64,000 nt of DNA, from contig CM075988.1 of NCBI GenBank assembly GCA_038087875.1, positions 11,472,001 through 11,536,000 of the forward strand. Direction: 5' to 3'. Origin of the DNA: Malacoraja senta (Eukaryota). Below are positions 49,773 to 60,938 of the stretch, one piece after another (position 1 is the first letter of the stretch; every line of letters starts with the position of its first letter). The notes below the pieces were generated by a model. That model was not told the origin of the DNA and did not search any database. It worked only from the letters and a program-made list of their open reading frames with translations. A program made the position numbers and the translations under genes.

Positions 49773-52507
49773 AACATGTGGAGTAAATGTAAAGGGACCC
49801 CAGTTCCAATGTTGGGTGCGGAAATTGAAACGTTAACCATTTCTCTTTTCACGCAAGCCAGCTGACCTGTTGAGTGTTTCCAACATTTTGCATTTGGAAC
49901 ATAGTAATCGGTTTTGGAGGAAGTACATTTCCTTAACTTGGAACAATTACATCAGGGGATGATTATGTTCTAGAGAATTATCATGTTCAAAATAGAAGGA
50001 AAATAAGTGAATTACATATTCAATCGCACATTAATTGAAGTGTCTGTTCTCCTCAGTCTGAGAAGGTATCAATCATGAAATGGATAACACAGGAAAGACA
50101 GCTGAAAGTAACATGCTGATTGACAAGTGGTAATAAGCAAAATTGGTTAAGTCTAAATTCACCCAATATGTTTTGATAGAACAGTTGATATCTTGGAGAG
50201 TTCAAATGTCACAACAGTGTAAAATATCAGCTGTAATGAAGGGGGAACTTGAACCAGATGGAGCAAGGAGGGATAATGATCATTAAACCAACAAAGTGAA
50301 TTCATTCCAATTTGCTGAGAATAGAAATCAATGGACAGCTATGGCCCAGAAGATCCATCTCAAGGGAATGAAAGGGATCATTGGGCAAACTCTAGCTCTG
50401 GAAGGAACCACAGCAACAATGGCAGAGGTCAAACTTTTCAGCACATTTGATGGTAGAAATGTGTGCTGAAAAGTGAAGATTAATGGCAACATTGTACACA
50501 TGGTTCATGCAATCCAAGTTTCAACGTTTACATTTAATCCTAAGAGTCAGTCAAGATGCAGTAAATAGGAGACCTTCAGAAGATATAAAGGAACTAGGTC
50601 CAGCAGATGACATGGAGGTCTATGGTGTGAATGGAAAAGCACATAACATTCATCAGCACAAGGTTATTGAGGCGAATATTAACAATCATATCAAATCACA
50701 TTTGATGTTATGACTGCAGGAACAAAATTTCATTTGAACCTTGTTTGTTTGAATGACAATAAATGGCATTCTATTCTATTCTACATCATGAGAGAGAAAT
50801 AAGACCTTGTTTTTGGTTGGGAATGGCTCATGAAATGAAGTCAAGCCAAAAACATCATTGTTATCGCTGAAATGAAAGCAGCAAAGGAACAAGAAATAAC
50901 TCAGAAGCTCTCTTGGGCTAATCTGAGACATGAATTATTTTATTCCGAACATGTCAGAACATATTGCAAACCTGAGCAAACTATTGAAGGGAGACATTGA
51001 ATACAAGTGGTCACAACCCCATGAAGCGAGTTTTAATAAACTCGAGGAAATGGTGTGTACTGAGACAAGCCTGCCTTAGTACAACAGCAAAAACATTGAT
51101 TTTTCAGGTGGATGCCACTCTAAAAGGGCTGGGAGCTGCTCCAGTACAAGGTGGCAGACTGATAGCAATTGCAATAAAAAAGCATTGGCAAAATCTTTGC
51201 CATCATAGCAAGAGCTATTAAGAAATTCCACACCTATCTCTACAGGAAGAAGTTTACTGTGGAAAGAAAACATGGACACCCTGTAGCAAATCTACAAACA
51301 AAACTTAAGTCAAACACCAGCAAGGGTACAAAGATGACCACAGGCTTAACATGTGAATTTGTTCAAAATAAAACAAACTGAGAAATGTTGCCCACTGATG
51401 CACCACCTTGACTCAACACAGGAGTACAGATAAGATGTTGTTATACTGTCAGGCAGAACTGAAACCAGCAAAGGCAAGGAGCTACAGTTAGCCCCCTCAC
51501 CTGTATCCACCTATCACTTGCCCTGCTTTGCCCAACCCACACCTCTCTTCCAGCTTTCTCCCCCGTATTACATTCAATCTGAAGAAGGGTCCTGACCTGT
51601 TCATATCCTGCAGAGATACTGCCTGACCTGCTGAGTTGTTCCAGCACTTTGATTTGTTTCTGTAGTGTTTCTAATGCTAGATCTAGAATCATTATGCTCA
51701 AAATATTGCAAGAACAATTATTTCAGAATATACGAGAACCCCATCTAGGTGCAGATAAATGAAGTTGAGAGCTGAGGCATATGTGTATTGGATTGAGTTA
51801 GAAACATAGAAAATAGGTGCAGGAGTAGGCCATTCAGCCCTTTGAGCCAGCACCGTCATTCAATATGATCATCCAAAATCATGATCAGCCATGATCATAT
51901 TGATGTAAAGAGAATGGTGTTTTTATGCAGAATATTCGAGGAGTACAAAAGCATGTAGCAAATGATGACTACTGATGCAACGCTGAGACCGTGGCACACT
52001 GTCGGAGGTGGTTTGTTCACAGGGATTCGTGAATGGTGCTTAATAGTAGTACCCACCACTCTAAGTTCCTCTTTATCAGAGGAGGAAAGACTTGAGGGAT
52101 ACATCAATAACCATGCAGTTAGAATCCTATTTGCAGAAGAAGGGATCCCTGATGTTACAACTGAACTCAATTTACTTCTAAAAAGCTGAGAGAATTTTCA
52201 GAGTGATACAAATTTGCCATGGTGACCTCATCCTCATGCAATCTGAGATGACACAGACTGATAGAGAGACATGACCAAATCATCAAGAGGAGCCTAATCA
52301 AATGCAGAGAGGAAATGAGAGACCTAAACCTTACCGTATTGTCACTTTGAATTGCAGCTCTCAAGTCTGATAGGAAATCAACAGCTCAGAATCGAATGGC
52401 AGAAAATAAAAGGCAACTTTGCCAGATGAAATACATTCTTCAAAAGACCAAGAAGAAATGAAACAACAATCCACAGACACACATTTGAAAGGAAGCCAGC
52501 AATATAA

Positions 52508-52640
52508 AGTCTGAAGAAGGGTCTTGACCTGAAATGTCACCCATTCTTTCTCTATCGAGATGCTGCCTGTCCCACTGAGTTGCTCCAGCATTTTGTGTCA
52601 ATCTTCGGTTTAAACCAGCATGTGCAGTTCCTTCCTACAC
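52508..52640 (+). mobile_element. Penelope LTR fragment with hammerhead core
   Basis: agtctgaagaagggtcttgacctgaaatgtcaccc...gcagttccttcctacac. Confidence 0.75.
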
Positions 52641-53284
52641 AACGTAACAGCCATGCCAGATCATTTCCTGAGTTGTGGAGAGGACAAGCAGTGAAGGTAC
52701 AAGATATAATTAGAAAATCTGGAAAGAAGCTAAGGTTATTCATCTAGACAATACCCCAGGAACATTCATTACGCAAACTAAGATGAGTCAACAGATGTGA
52801 CAAAACTAAATTCACTTCTGAGCTGCACAAAAGCTGATGGCACATGAAGCAACATCAACAACACTGATATCAACATTAGCAAAACCATCTGCCGTGAGTT
52901 TAACTTGCTCAGGATAGGATTAAACAATGTGCATTACCAAAACAATAAACCAGCCCTTCACAGAATGGAGTTACAACAGCCAAGTCAACAAAACAGTGAC
53001 GTGATATTTTACTGCCAAGGAGATAAAAGAAATAGAACCATGAAAAATTTGGTACATCATCCAAATAACATTTTAGCAATCCTTATTTGAAAATGGAGTG
53101 ATCCTTGGATGAAGAAACAGCTTTGCACCAGAAATTCTAATCATTAAGCACTGTGCTGGAACCAATAGAACGTGTCTGGATCAGATGCAAGTAGAACGTT
53201 ATCTACAGCTGAGGGCCTCCAACTCAACATAACCGTGCATCCATGGAGAATAGATGGGGAGAGAAATATCTAGGGGAAAAAGAT

Positions 53285-53475
53285 ACAAGGAACTGCAGAT
53301 GCTGGAATCTTTCATAAAACGCAAAGTGCTGGGATAACTTAATGGATCAGGCAACCTCTCTGGAGGACGTGGATAGGTGATGCTTCGGGTTGGAGCCCTT
53401 CTTCAAATGCCGCCTAACTACGTTCTCCGGAGATGCTGCCTGATCCGATGAGTTACTCCAGCACCATGTGTTCTA
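53285..53475. mobile_element. Palindromic Penelope-LTR element
   Basis: caaggaactgcagatgctggaatc...cccttcttca then inverted arm agatgctgcctgatcc...gagttactccagcac. Confidence 0.7.
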
Positions 53476-53794
53476 CTCGGGGAAATAATTTCTGATTTAG
53501 TTTTATTTTCCCCTTATTGCTGCTGAGTTGTGGCTGACATGGTTGATGGAAGGGTCAGCTTGACAGCCTTTGTATCTGATTGTGGATGATCAGCCATGAT
53601 CACATTGAATGGCGGTGCTGGCTTGAAGGGCCGAATGGCCTACTCCTGCACCTATTGTCTATTGTCTATTATCTGCAGATCTGATAAGTGAGGGATTGGA
53701 TATTCATCAATTATATAGCCAATATTCTTCAATCACAGATCTACAATTGATGCTTTGGGGCCCAAAATGCTGCAAAAGAAGGATTCTGGAACAT

Positions 53795-54710
53795 TGTCAT
53801 TCAGCAGTGATGAGTATAGAAGTTGGGTCATTAGGTTATAGTTGTACAGGACATTGTTGAGGCTGCATTTAGAGTACTGTGTCCAGTTTTGGTCACCCCA
53901 TTATAGGAAGGATGTAATTAAGCTGGAAAGAATATTCACAAGAACGTTGCCAGGATAAGAGGGCTTGAGCTTCAGGGGGAGGCTTGGCAAGCAATGACCT
54001 TATTCATTGGATCGAAGGAGGCTAAAAGGCCTGTCCCACGGGCATGCGACTCCATGCGGCAAGCGCGACCTAACCGGAAGCGGGGGCCGTGCGGGGGCCA
54101 CGCGGAGGTCACGGGGCCGGTCCCACTTCGATCGCCGGAGCCGCATGGAGTTGTGCGGAGCTGGTCCCGACATCGCGCGGGGCTCCGAAAAATTGACCGT
54201 GTGCAAAAATTCCGCGTGGCAACGGCCTGCCGCCCCGCAGCCGCATCGGGGCCGTGCGCACTGTCTTGACGTCACTCGACCTCCGCGCGGCCCCTGCTTC
54301 CGGTTAGGTCGCGCTTGCCGCATGGAGTCGCATGCCCGTGGGACAGGCCCTTAAGGGATGATCTTAAAGAGGTATATAAAATCATGAAGGAAATTGATAG
54401 GGTGAATACACAATCTATTACCCAGGGTGTGGAAATCAAGAACTGCAACACATAGGTTTAAGATGAGAGGGGAAAGATTTAATAGGAACTTGAGGGGCAA
54501 TGTTTTAACTCAGACGGTGGGTATATGTGCTACCAGAGGAGGACGTTGAGGCAATTACATAGACAGCATTTAAAAGACACTTGGACGGATTCATGGATGG
54601 GAGAGGTTTCGAGGGATATGGGTCAAATGGGTCAAAATATGGCTGGCTTAGACGAGGCATCTCGGTGGAATTGGGCTGAAGGGTCTGTTTCCCTGCTGTA
54701 TGACTATGTC
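53795..54710 (+). mobile_element. Older CR1 3' fragment interrupted by a MITE
   Basis: gagtactgtgtccagttttggtcacccc (EYCVQFWSP); 3'UTR gggctgaagggtctgtttccctgctgtatgac. Confidence 0.85.
54026..54351. mobile_element. PIF/Harbinger MITE (326 bp) with long near-perfect TIRs
   Basis: aaggcctgtcccacgggcatgcgactccatgcggcaagcgcgacctaaccggaagc / gcttccggttaggtcgcgcttgccgcatggagtcgcatgcccgtgggacaggccct; TAA at 54023-54025 and 54352-54354. Confidence 0.9.
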
Positions 54711-55299
54711 TTCACAGCTTGCTAGCAATGCTGAAACTCCAAAAAATATCATTAAAAGGAATCTTAAATTTATCTTGGATTCCAAATGAGCTGAAATTTG
54801 TTTTCTCCTCAAGTCTTCTCATGTCCCAGTGACACCTCTCACAGAGCGCTCCACGGGGCTTGCATTGAAGGTTGATCAGAGAAAGTCTATTTCAAGTTCC
54901 ATCAAACAGCTCAAGACTACAGCTCAAATCTTTCAATCTTGGGGTGGCAACAATTCTCAGACATCAAATCTGCATCAACCTTAATTTTCAAATGTAAATG
55001 GGAAGAGTTTCCAAGCTTAAAGTGCAGTGACAGATTGGGCAGGATAAAGATTAGTATTTCTCACTTTGCTGTTATTCCTTCTCAAGCTAAAGATGGAGAA
55101 ATGTATTTTGACGAAAGACATTTGTTTTGGAAAGTTTTGTGCATTACCAACATGTATGTTGTTCAGACAATCACGACTCTTCAGTATAACCGGCTGAAAG
55201 AGCAGTATGCTGTGGTTTCTCGACTTCAGTCATCGGTAAGAGGACTTACTCAGCCACTCACCTAAAACTGTACTTTGTGTAAAAAAACACCATAAAACA

Positions 55300-55440
55300 A
55301 TGACTCTCAGCTTGAAGAAGGGTCTCGACCCGAAACGTCACCTATTCCTTTTCTGCAGATATGCTGTCTGACCTGCTGAGTTATTCCAGCTCTTTGATTC
55401 TTTCTTCGGTTTAAACCAGCATCTGCAGTTCCTTCCTATA
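55300..55440 (+). mobile_element. Penelope LTR fragment with TSD
   Basis: gaagaagggtctcgacccgaaacgtcacctattcc...cagttccttccta; flanked by cataaaaca at 55291 and 55441. Confidence 0.8.
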
Positions 55441-55741
55441 CATAAAACATTGGGCTTGGTTATGCTGACATCTTGTGAGTGCCTGAGCAACATAAATGTT
55501 AATGCACAAAACTAACTAAAATGGTAGAGAATTGTGGTCTTTTATTTGTCTTTGGTCAAATACAATTCTCTACCTTTATCTTGAGAAGGATAAACAGCAA
55601 ACTGAGAAATAATTATTTACAGTATTTGCCTATTTCAATGAAACCATGTACCTTTTTATCAATGTGACAATTGTTCATGAATGCCACTTCACCTATCTTG
55701 CTTCCTCCTTAAAGAAGCAGCCTGCTACAATTTAAGAGATT

Positions 55742-55774
<33 letters not shown>

Positions 55775-57399
55775 TCTTTTATAATATATTTTATTGTCAT
55801 TGCACGTCAGTGCAACGAGATTTAGTATGCAGCTCCACCGATATACAAGAAAAGTAAGATAAATAAATAAGCAAGCTGAGTGATGTGACCATCCGAGGGA
55901 GATTGTCCAGGGGGGGTGGGTGGGGGGGGCACTCAGCAGGGCCGGTTCAGAGCCGCTATAGCTCTTGGAATAAAGCTGTTTCTGAGTCGGAAGGTTCGGG
56001 CGTAGAAGGCCTTGTAACGTCTGCCGGAGGGAAGTAGTTCAAACAGTCCGTTACAAGGGTGTGATGAGTCCTTATGGATGCTGACGGCCTTCCTGAGGCA
56101 CCGTGTGTGGTAGATGCCCTCCAAGGCTGGTAGCTCTGTCCCAATGATCTTCTACGCTCTGTGGACGATGCGCTGAAGAGCTCTCCTCTCCGCCTCCGTG
56201 CAGCTGAGATACCACACAGAGATGCCATACGTTAATATGCTCTCTGTGGTGCAGCGGTAGAACGTTGTCAGCAGCTGTTGGGGCAGACCAGTCTTTTTTA
56301 ATGTCCTCAGGAATAACAGTCGATGCTGTGCCTTCTTGACCAGCGCAGCGGTGTTGGTGGACCATGTGAGGTCCTCTGAAATGTGAGTGCCCAGAAACTT
56401 AAAGCTGGACACTCTCTCCACACTTTCCCCGTAAATGGAGATTGGGGCGTATTCTCCATTATGGGACCTCCTGAAGTCAATAATCAGCTCCTTGGTCTTG
56501 GAGGTGTTTAGTGACAAGTTGTTATGAGCGCACCAGTCCGCCAGGTTCTGCACCTCCGCTCTGTATTTTGTTTCATCACCGTTGGTGATCAGCCCAATCA
56601 CTGTTGTGTCGTCTGCAAACTTCACGATGGTGTTGGTGCTGAATGCAGGGACACAGTCGTGAGTGAAGAGGGAGTAGAGCATGGGGCTTAGTACACAGCC
56701 CTGTGGTGTGCCGGTGCTCAGGGTGATAGTGGAGGACAGGTGCGGGCCCAGTCTCACTGCCTGCGGTCGCTCCGTCAGAAAGTTCAGGATCCAATCGCAT
56801 ATCGGCGAGCTGAGGCCTAGCTGGTGGAGTTTGGTGGTGAGCTTGGTGGGGATGACCGCATTGAATGCAGAGCAATAATCAATGAAGAGCATCCTTACAT
56901 ACGTGCCCTGTCTGTCCAGGTGAGTCAGGACAGTGTGAAGAGCCAGAGAGATGGCATCCTCTGTTGATCTATTTGCCCTGTATGCAAATTGATGGGAGTC
57001 CAGTGAGGCAGGGATGCTGGATTTGATATGGGAGAGGACCAGCCTTTCGAAGCACTTCATTGGGATTGGAGTTAGGGCAACCGGGCGGTAGTCGTTCAGG
57101 TTGGTGACTTTGGACTTTTTCGGCACCGGCACTATGGTGGCTGTTTTCAGGCACTATGGGGACCGTTGCCAGAGATAGAGACAGATTGAAGATTCTCGTG
57201 AATACCTCTGCCAGCTGTACAGCACAGTCCTTTAGTACCCTTCCCTGGACTCCATCCGGGCCTGCAGCCTTGCGTGGATTGATCCTACGCAGAGCGCACT
57301 GTACCTCCTGGGTGCTCAGTGTTAAGGCCTGTCCCTCCGCCATGGCCGAGGTTATTCCACTCCTGGTGGTGTTGCCAGTTTCGAACTGGGCAAAGAAGG
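55742..57399 (-). mobile_element. 5'-truncated Rex1/Babar-type LINE (RT pseudogene)
   Basis: [59 protein letters not shown]...RNSFIPRAI*; one frameshift near 57150 and a premature TAG at 56152-56154; (ATT)n tail at 55742-55773. Confidence 0.93.
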
Positions 57400-58956
57400 T
57401 AAGAAATAGGCAATAGTGTTTTCATTTTCCCGTTTTCTTTCTCTTCCTGGATGTCAGGCCGCTCCCTTCATCTTTTGTTTTCTTGCTCTATTTCATTTGA
57501 CACTGAATGCACACTGCATGTTTCTCCATGCTTAAATCTCATCGGTTTTGGAAATAACTAGTTGTAGCGCGACGATAATCCCGAAATGAAGGCGAGGAGC
57601 CAGTGGAAATGGCCCGATCTTTGGGAGCCGCCACATAGTGGACTTATCACTCCCTCAAGTACCTCCAAATACCCCCACTTAATTCATGCACTGTTGACGT
57701 CTTGGATATTCCACCAAGCCATGAGCAAAATGGTTTAAAATGTAAATTTGCTTGAACAATTCTCGGGCACAGGTCTAGGCCACTGCCTTTTGGCAATCAC
57801 AAGCAAACTAGCCAGTGTGAATAATTCTGACTTGCAACTAAATAGGAGGTGGCATCTGAATCTTCCATTTTACACATTAACTGCAAAGGATCTTGAATGA
57901 CACTTCACATGAAACAACAATCCTCTCCAAGTAATCAGCTTTGGTTTGTATTTGATGTTTGCATGCATAAAATACATGGATTAAATTTAAAAAAAAGTAA
58001 GTTGAAGAAATAGTAAGAAATAACCGCAGAAATGAGTGACTGGCAGATATGTTTATTAAGAAAGCTAGTCTCATGTTGGTGAAGTGCATCCTCGTAAGTT
58101 CTGAAAGAAAACCTGCTTTGACTTCATGTAAGAGGAGGCTGTATAACTAAGGAAAGAAGAAAGCCTTTTAGTCTTATTCTGTTACAATCTACTCATGCAT
58201 GGGGTTGAACGTTTCAAACGAAAATACTTTTGTTGCGATGCTCTGTGGCCTGGAGGGATGGGCTTGTCCTCTTGTTGCGTGTGTTTTATTAATTTATCTG
58301 CCCACCCTGCAGAGCTGGAGGAAGAACACATGCAGCCACCATGGCTAACAAATCAGGACAGAGAGGCAACCAGCAGAATGCTTGTGAGAGTGGCTGCTCT
58401 GTGAGTTAGATTACACAGCTGCCTTAATGGGAATCTTCACATAATGTGAACGGTCTCCCAGCTACTAATTACAGTATCTCCCCAGACTCGTAACACTATT
58501 ATCTTGATCGGAATGTTTTTTTTAATGTTGCTTAACGCACTGAAGTCTCTGCCAAGACGCTTTTCGATGTGTCGTTATTCCCTTCCAAATTATGGATTTC
58601 TGCAACCCACAGTGAACTCACACCGATGCATTTTTCACCAACCGCACCCCCCCCCTCCCCTCCACACACACACACACACACGCACCCACACAGTCATGTT
58701 ACAAAAAATCCTTTAGAACTTCATAAATAGCGTTGTATTTGGAAATTATTTTTCTATCACAAATACTTGCATATTGGCGTGGGAAGAGAAGGAATAGAAC
58801 TTGTCTATGACAATCTCCATGGTTGCAGTACTGAGATTATAAGGCTTCCTGAAAGATTGCTTCAGCGACCGTTCTACCAAAACTTAGTCAAATAATTTGT
58901 TATCCAAACGTATCATCCAAAATTGGATGTCTGCATTAAAAAGAAAATAGTCATTT

Positions 58957-59394
58957 TTAGTTTAGTTTAGAGAGACAGCATGGAAACAGGTCCTTTGACC
59001 CACAAAGTGCACACTGACAACGATCACCGGTTCTCTCGTTCTTAACGCACTGAAGTCTCTGCCAAGACGCTTTTCGATGTGTCGTTATTCCCTTCCAAAT
59101 TATGGATTTCTGCAACCCACAGTGAACTCACACCGATGCATTTTTCACCAACCGCACCCCCCCCCCTCCCCTCCACACACACACACACACACCAGGGATA
59201 ATTTACAGAAGCCAATCAACCTGCAAACCCACAGGCCTTTGTAATGTTGTAGGAAACCGGATCACCTGGGGAAAACCCACACAGTCACAGGGAGAACGCG
59301 TAAGCTCTGTACAGACAGCACCCGAGCACAGGATGAACCCGGGACTCTGGCGCTGTAAGACATCAACTCTACCGCTGTGTCACTGTGCTGCCCC
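58957..59394 (-). mobile_element. HE1/V-SINE-type SINE containing a locally templated insert
   Basis: (tttag)n tail, aggaaaccggatcacctggggaaaacccac core, tRNA head; 59041-59192 is foreign to the family. Confidence 0.85.
59041..59192 (+). repeat. Near-identical copy of 58531-58681
   Basis: cttaacgcactgaagtctctgcc...ctccacacacac is the same in both except for one extra C in a homopolymer. Confidence 0.95.
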
Positions 59395-59949
59395 TAATGG
59401 CATATATCTTGAGTGCATGTACTTCAAACCCCTGTCTCACTGTGCGAGCTGACCCACGAGGTACCCCGAGTTTAAAACAAATTTAACTCGTGGTAATCAC
59501 GTACAATTAACGTAGCGGGAACGTCGCAACTCGTGGACGCAACTTAGCGACTCTTGGCGCTAACGGCAGGTACCCGTGAAACTTGTTAACTCTTGAAAAA
59601 GTTCAAACATGTTTAAACTTTTCCACGAGTAAAATGTACTCTTGTGGTTAAAAATTGAAACATTTAAACACGTTGTAAGAACGTAGTGGCCCGTGCGTTT
59701 ACCTTAGTGACTCGTGAGACTATCGTGGGAACTCTTTAACTCAGCGGGCAGGCAGCATCTCTGGAGAGAAGGAATGGGTGATGGGATGACATTTCCAAAT
59801 TGGGGGGGGGGGGAGTGGGGGGTTGGAGGCGGGGGGGTGGAGGAGAGAGGGTGGAGAGTGGAGGGAGAGGAGGGGGAGACAGATGGGGGTGTCTTTATTC
59901 ACTAGCGGCGGGTGCCGGTCACTCAAACAGGCAGGTGAGATTTCACATC

Positions 59950-60660
59950 CACCTTGTGTGTGTGTGTCTCTCTCTCCCTCCCTCCCTCTCACACAGGCTG
60001 AGAGACTCTGCCTCTGTGAGTGTACGTCTCTTTCTCCCCCTCTCCCACACACAGTAAGACCGAGGTAAGTCCATCTGTGTAAGTCCATCTGTGTCTCCCA
60101 CATACACAGTAAAACTCTGCTTTGTGTGTATATACGTCTCCCCCCATTTCTCTCTCCCCCCCCCACCTCTCTCTTTCTCCCCCACACACAATAAGACCGA
60201 TGTATTCTGCTTAGTCTCTCTTCCCTCCCACACACACAGATAGACCGAGGTCCTGTGCGCTCTTTCTCTCTCCCCCACAGTCACGCCGAAGTACACCACA
60301 CTGCCTCTGTGCCTCTCTCTCTCTGTCTCTCTCCCCCTCTCTCCTTCATACACAGTCAGAGGTCAGAGACACAGTCACAGTCAGAGACAGTCTGTATCTC
60401 TCTCTCCCCTACACACACACACAGACTGAGGTACACACTGCCCGTTGTGTGTGTATGTGTGTCTGCCTCTGTCTCTCTCACCCACACACACAGTTAAAGG
60501 TACTCCATGCTGCCTGTGTGTGTGTGTGTGTCTCTCTCTCTCTCTGTCCCACCCCCCCACACCCACACACAGTCAGTCAGTCAGAGGAACTCCACACTGT
60601 GTGTGTGTGTGTGCGACTCTTTCTCTCCCTATCACAGTCAGAGTGAGGTACTCCCACCGC
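59950..60660 (+). repeat. Degenerate CA/CT-rich minisatellite
   Basis: Recurrent unit (ct)n-ccc-(ac)n-agt..gaggt..ctg(tg)n, roughly ten diverged copies. Confidence 0.7.
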
Positions 60661-60840
60661 AGTCTCTCCGTGGCCTCTCCCCGGGCAGGGTGCATCTGCC
60701 TCCCTCAGGCTGCCCAGGCAGTCAGACACGACTCCGGTGGCGGGCTCCATGCACAGCTCCTGCCGGCCGGCTGGGAGCGGCGACGGAGGACAGGGGGAAG
60801 TTGGCCACCGGGAGATAACCTGTTTTATTACATATCGATG

Positions 60841-60938
60841 TGTGAAGAAGGGACTTGACCCGAAACGTCACCCATTCCTTCTCTCCAGAGATGCTGCCTG
60901 TCCCGCTGAGTTGCTCCAGCTTTTTGTGTTTATCTTCG
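60841..60938 (+). mobile_element. Penelope LTR arm; inverted partner at 59737-59781
   Basis: tgaagaagggacttgacccgaaacgtcacccattccttctctccagagatgctgcctgtcccgctgagtt. Confidence 0.75.

Larger units (their letters stand above)
49100..52800 (+). mobile_element. Highly degenerate Ty3/Gypsy LTR retrotransposon internal region (RT-RNaseH-integrase) with nested insertions
   Basis: In Gypsy order: AEVKLFSTFDGRN (~50420), ADDMEVYG (~50600), LIFQVDATLKGLGAAPVQGGRLIAIA (~51100), EPHLGADK/KLRAEAYVYW (~51740), RPWHTVGGGLF and LFAEEGIPDV (51985-52155). The 5' boundary (gag) is uncertain. Confidence 0.8.

Noticed and set aside
53994..54354. Overlapping Arg/Gly-rich ORFs on both strands
   Set aside because: Artefact of a GC-rich palindromic MITE.
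59741..60858. Cluster of overlapping ORFs
   Set aside because: Low-complexity CA/CT/GA repeats that lack stop codons.
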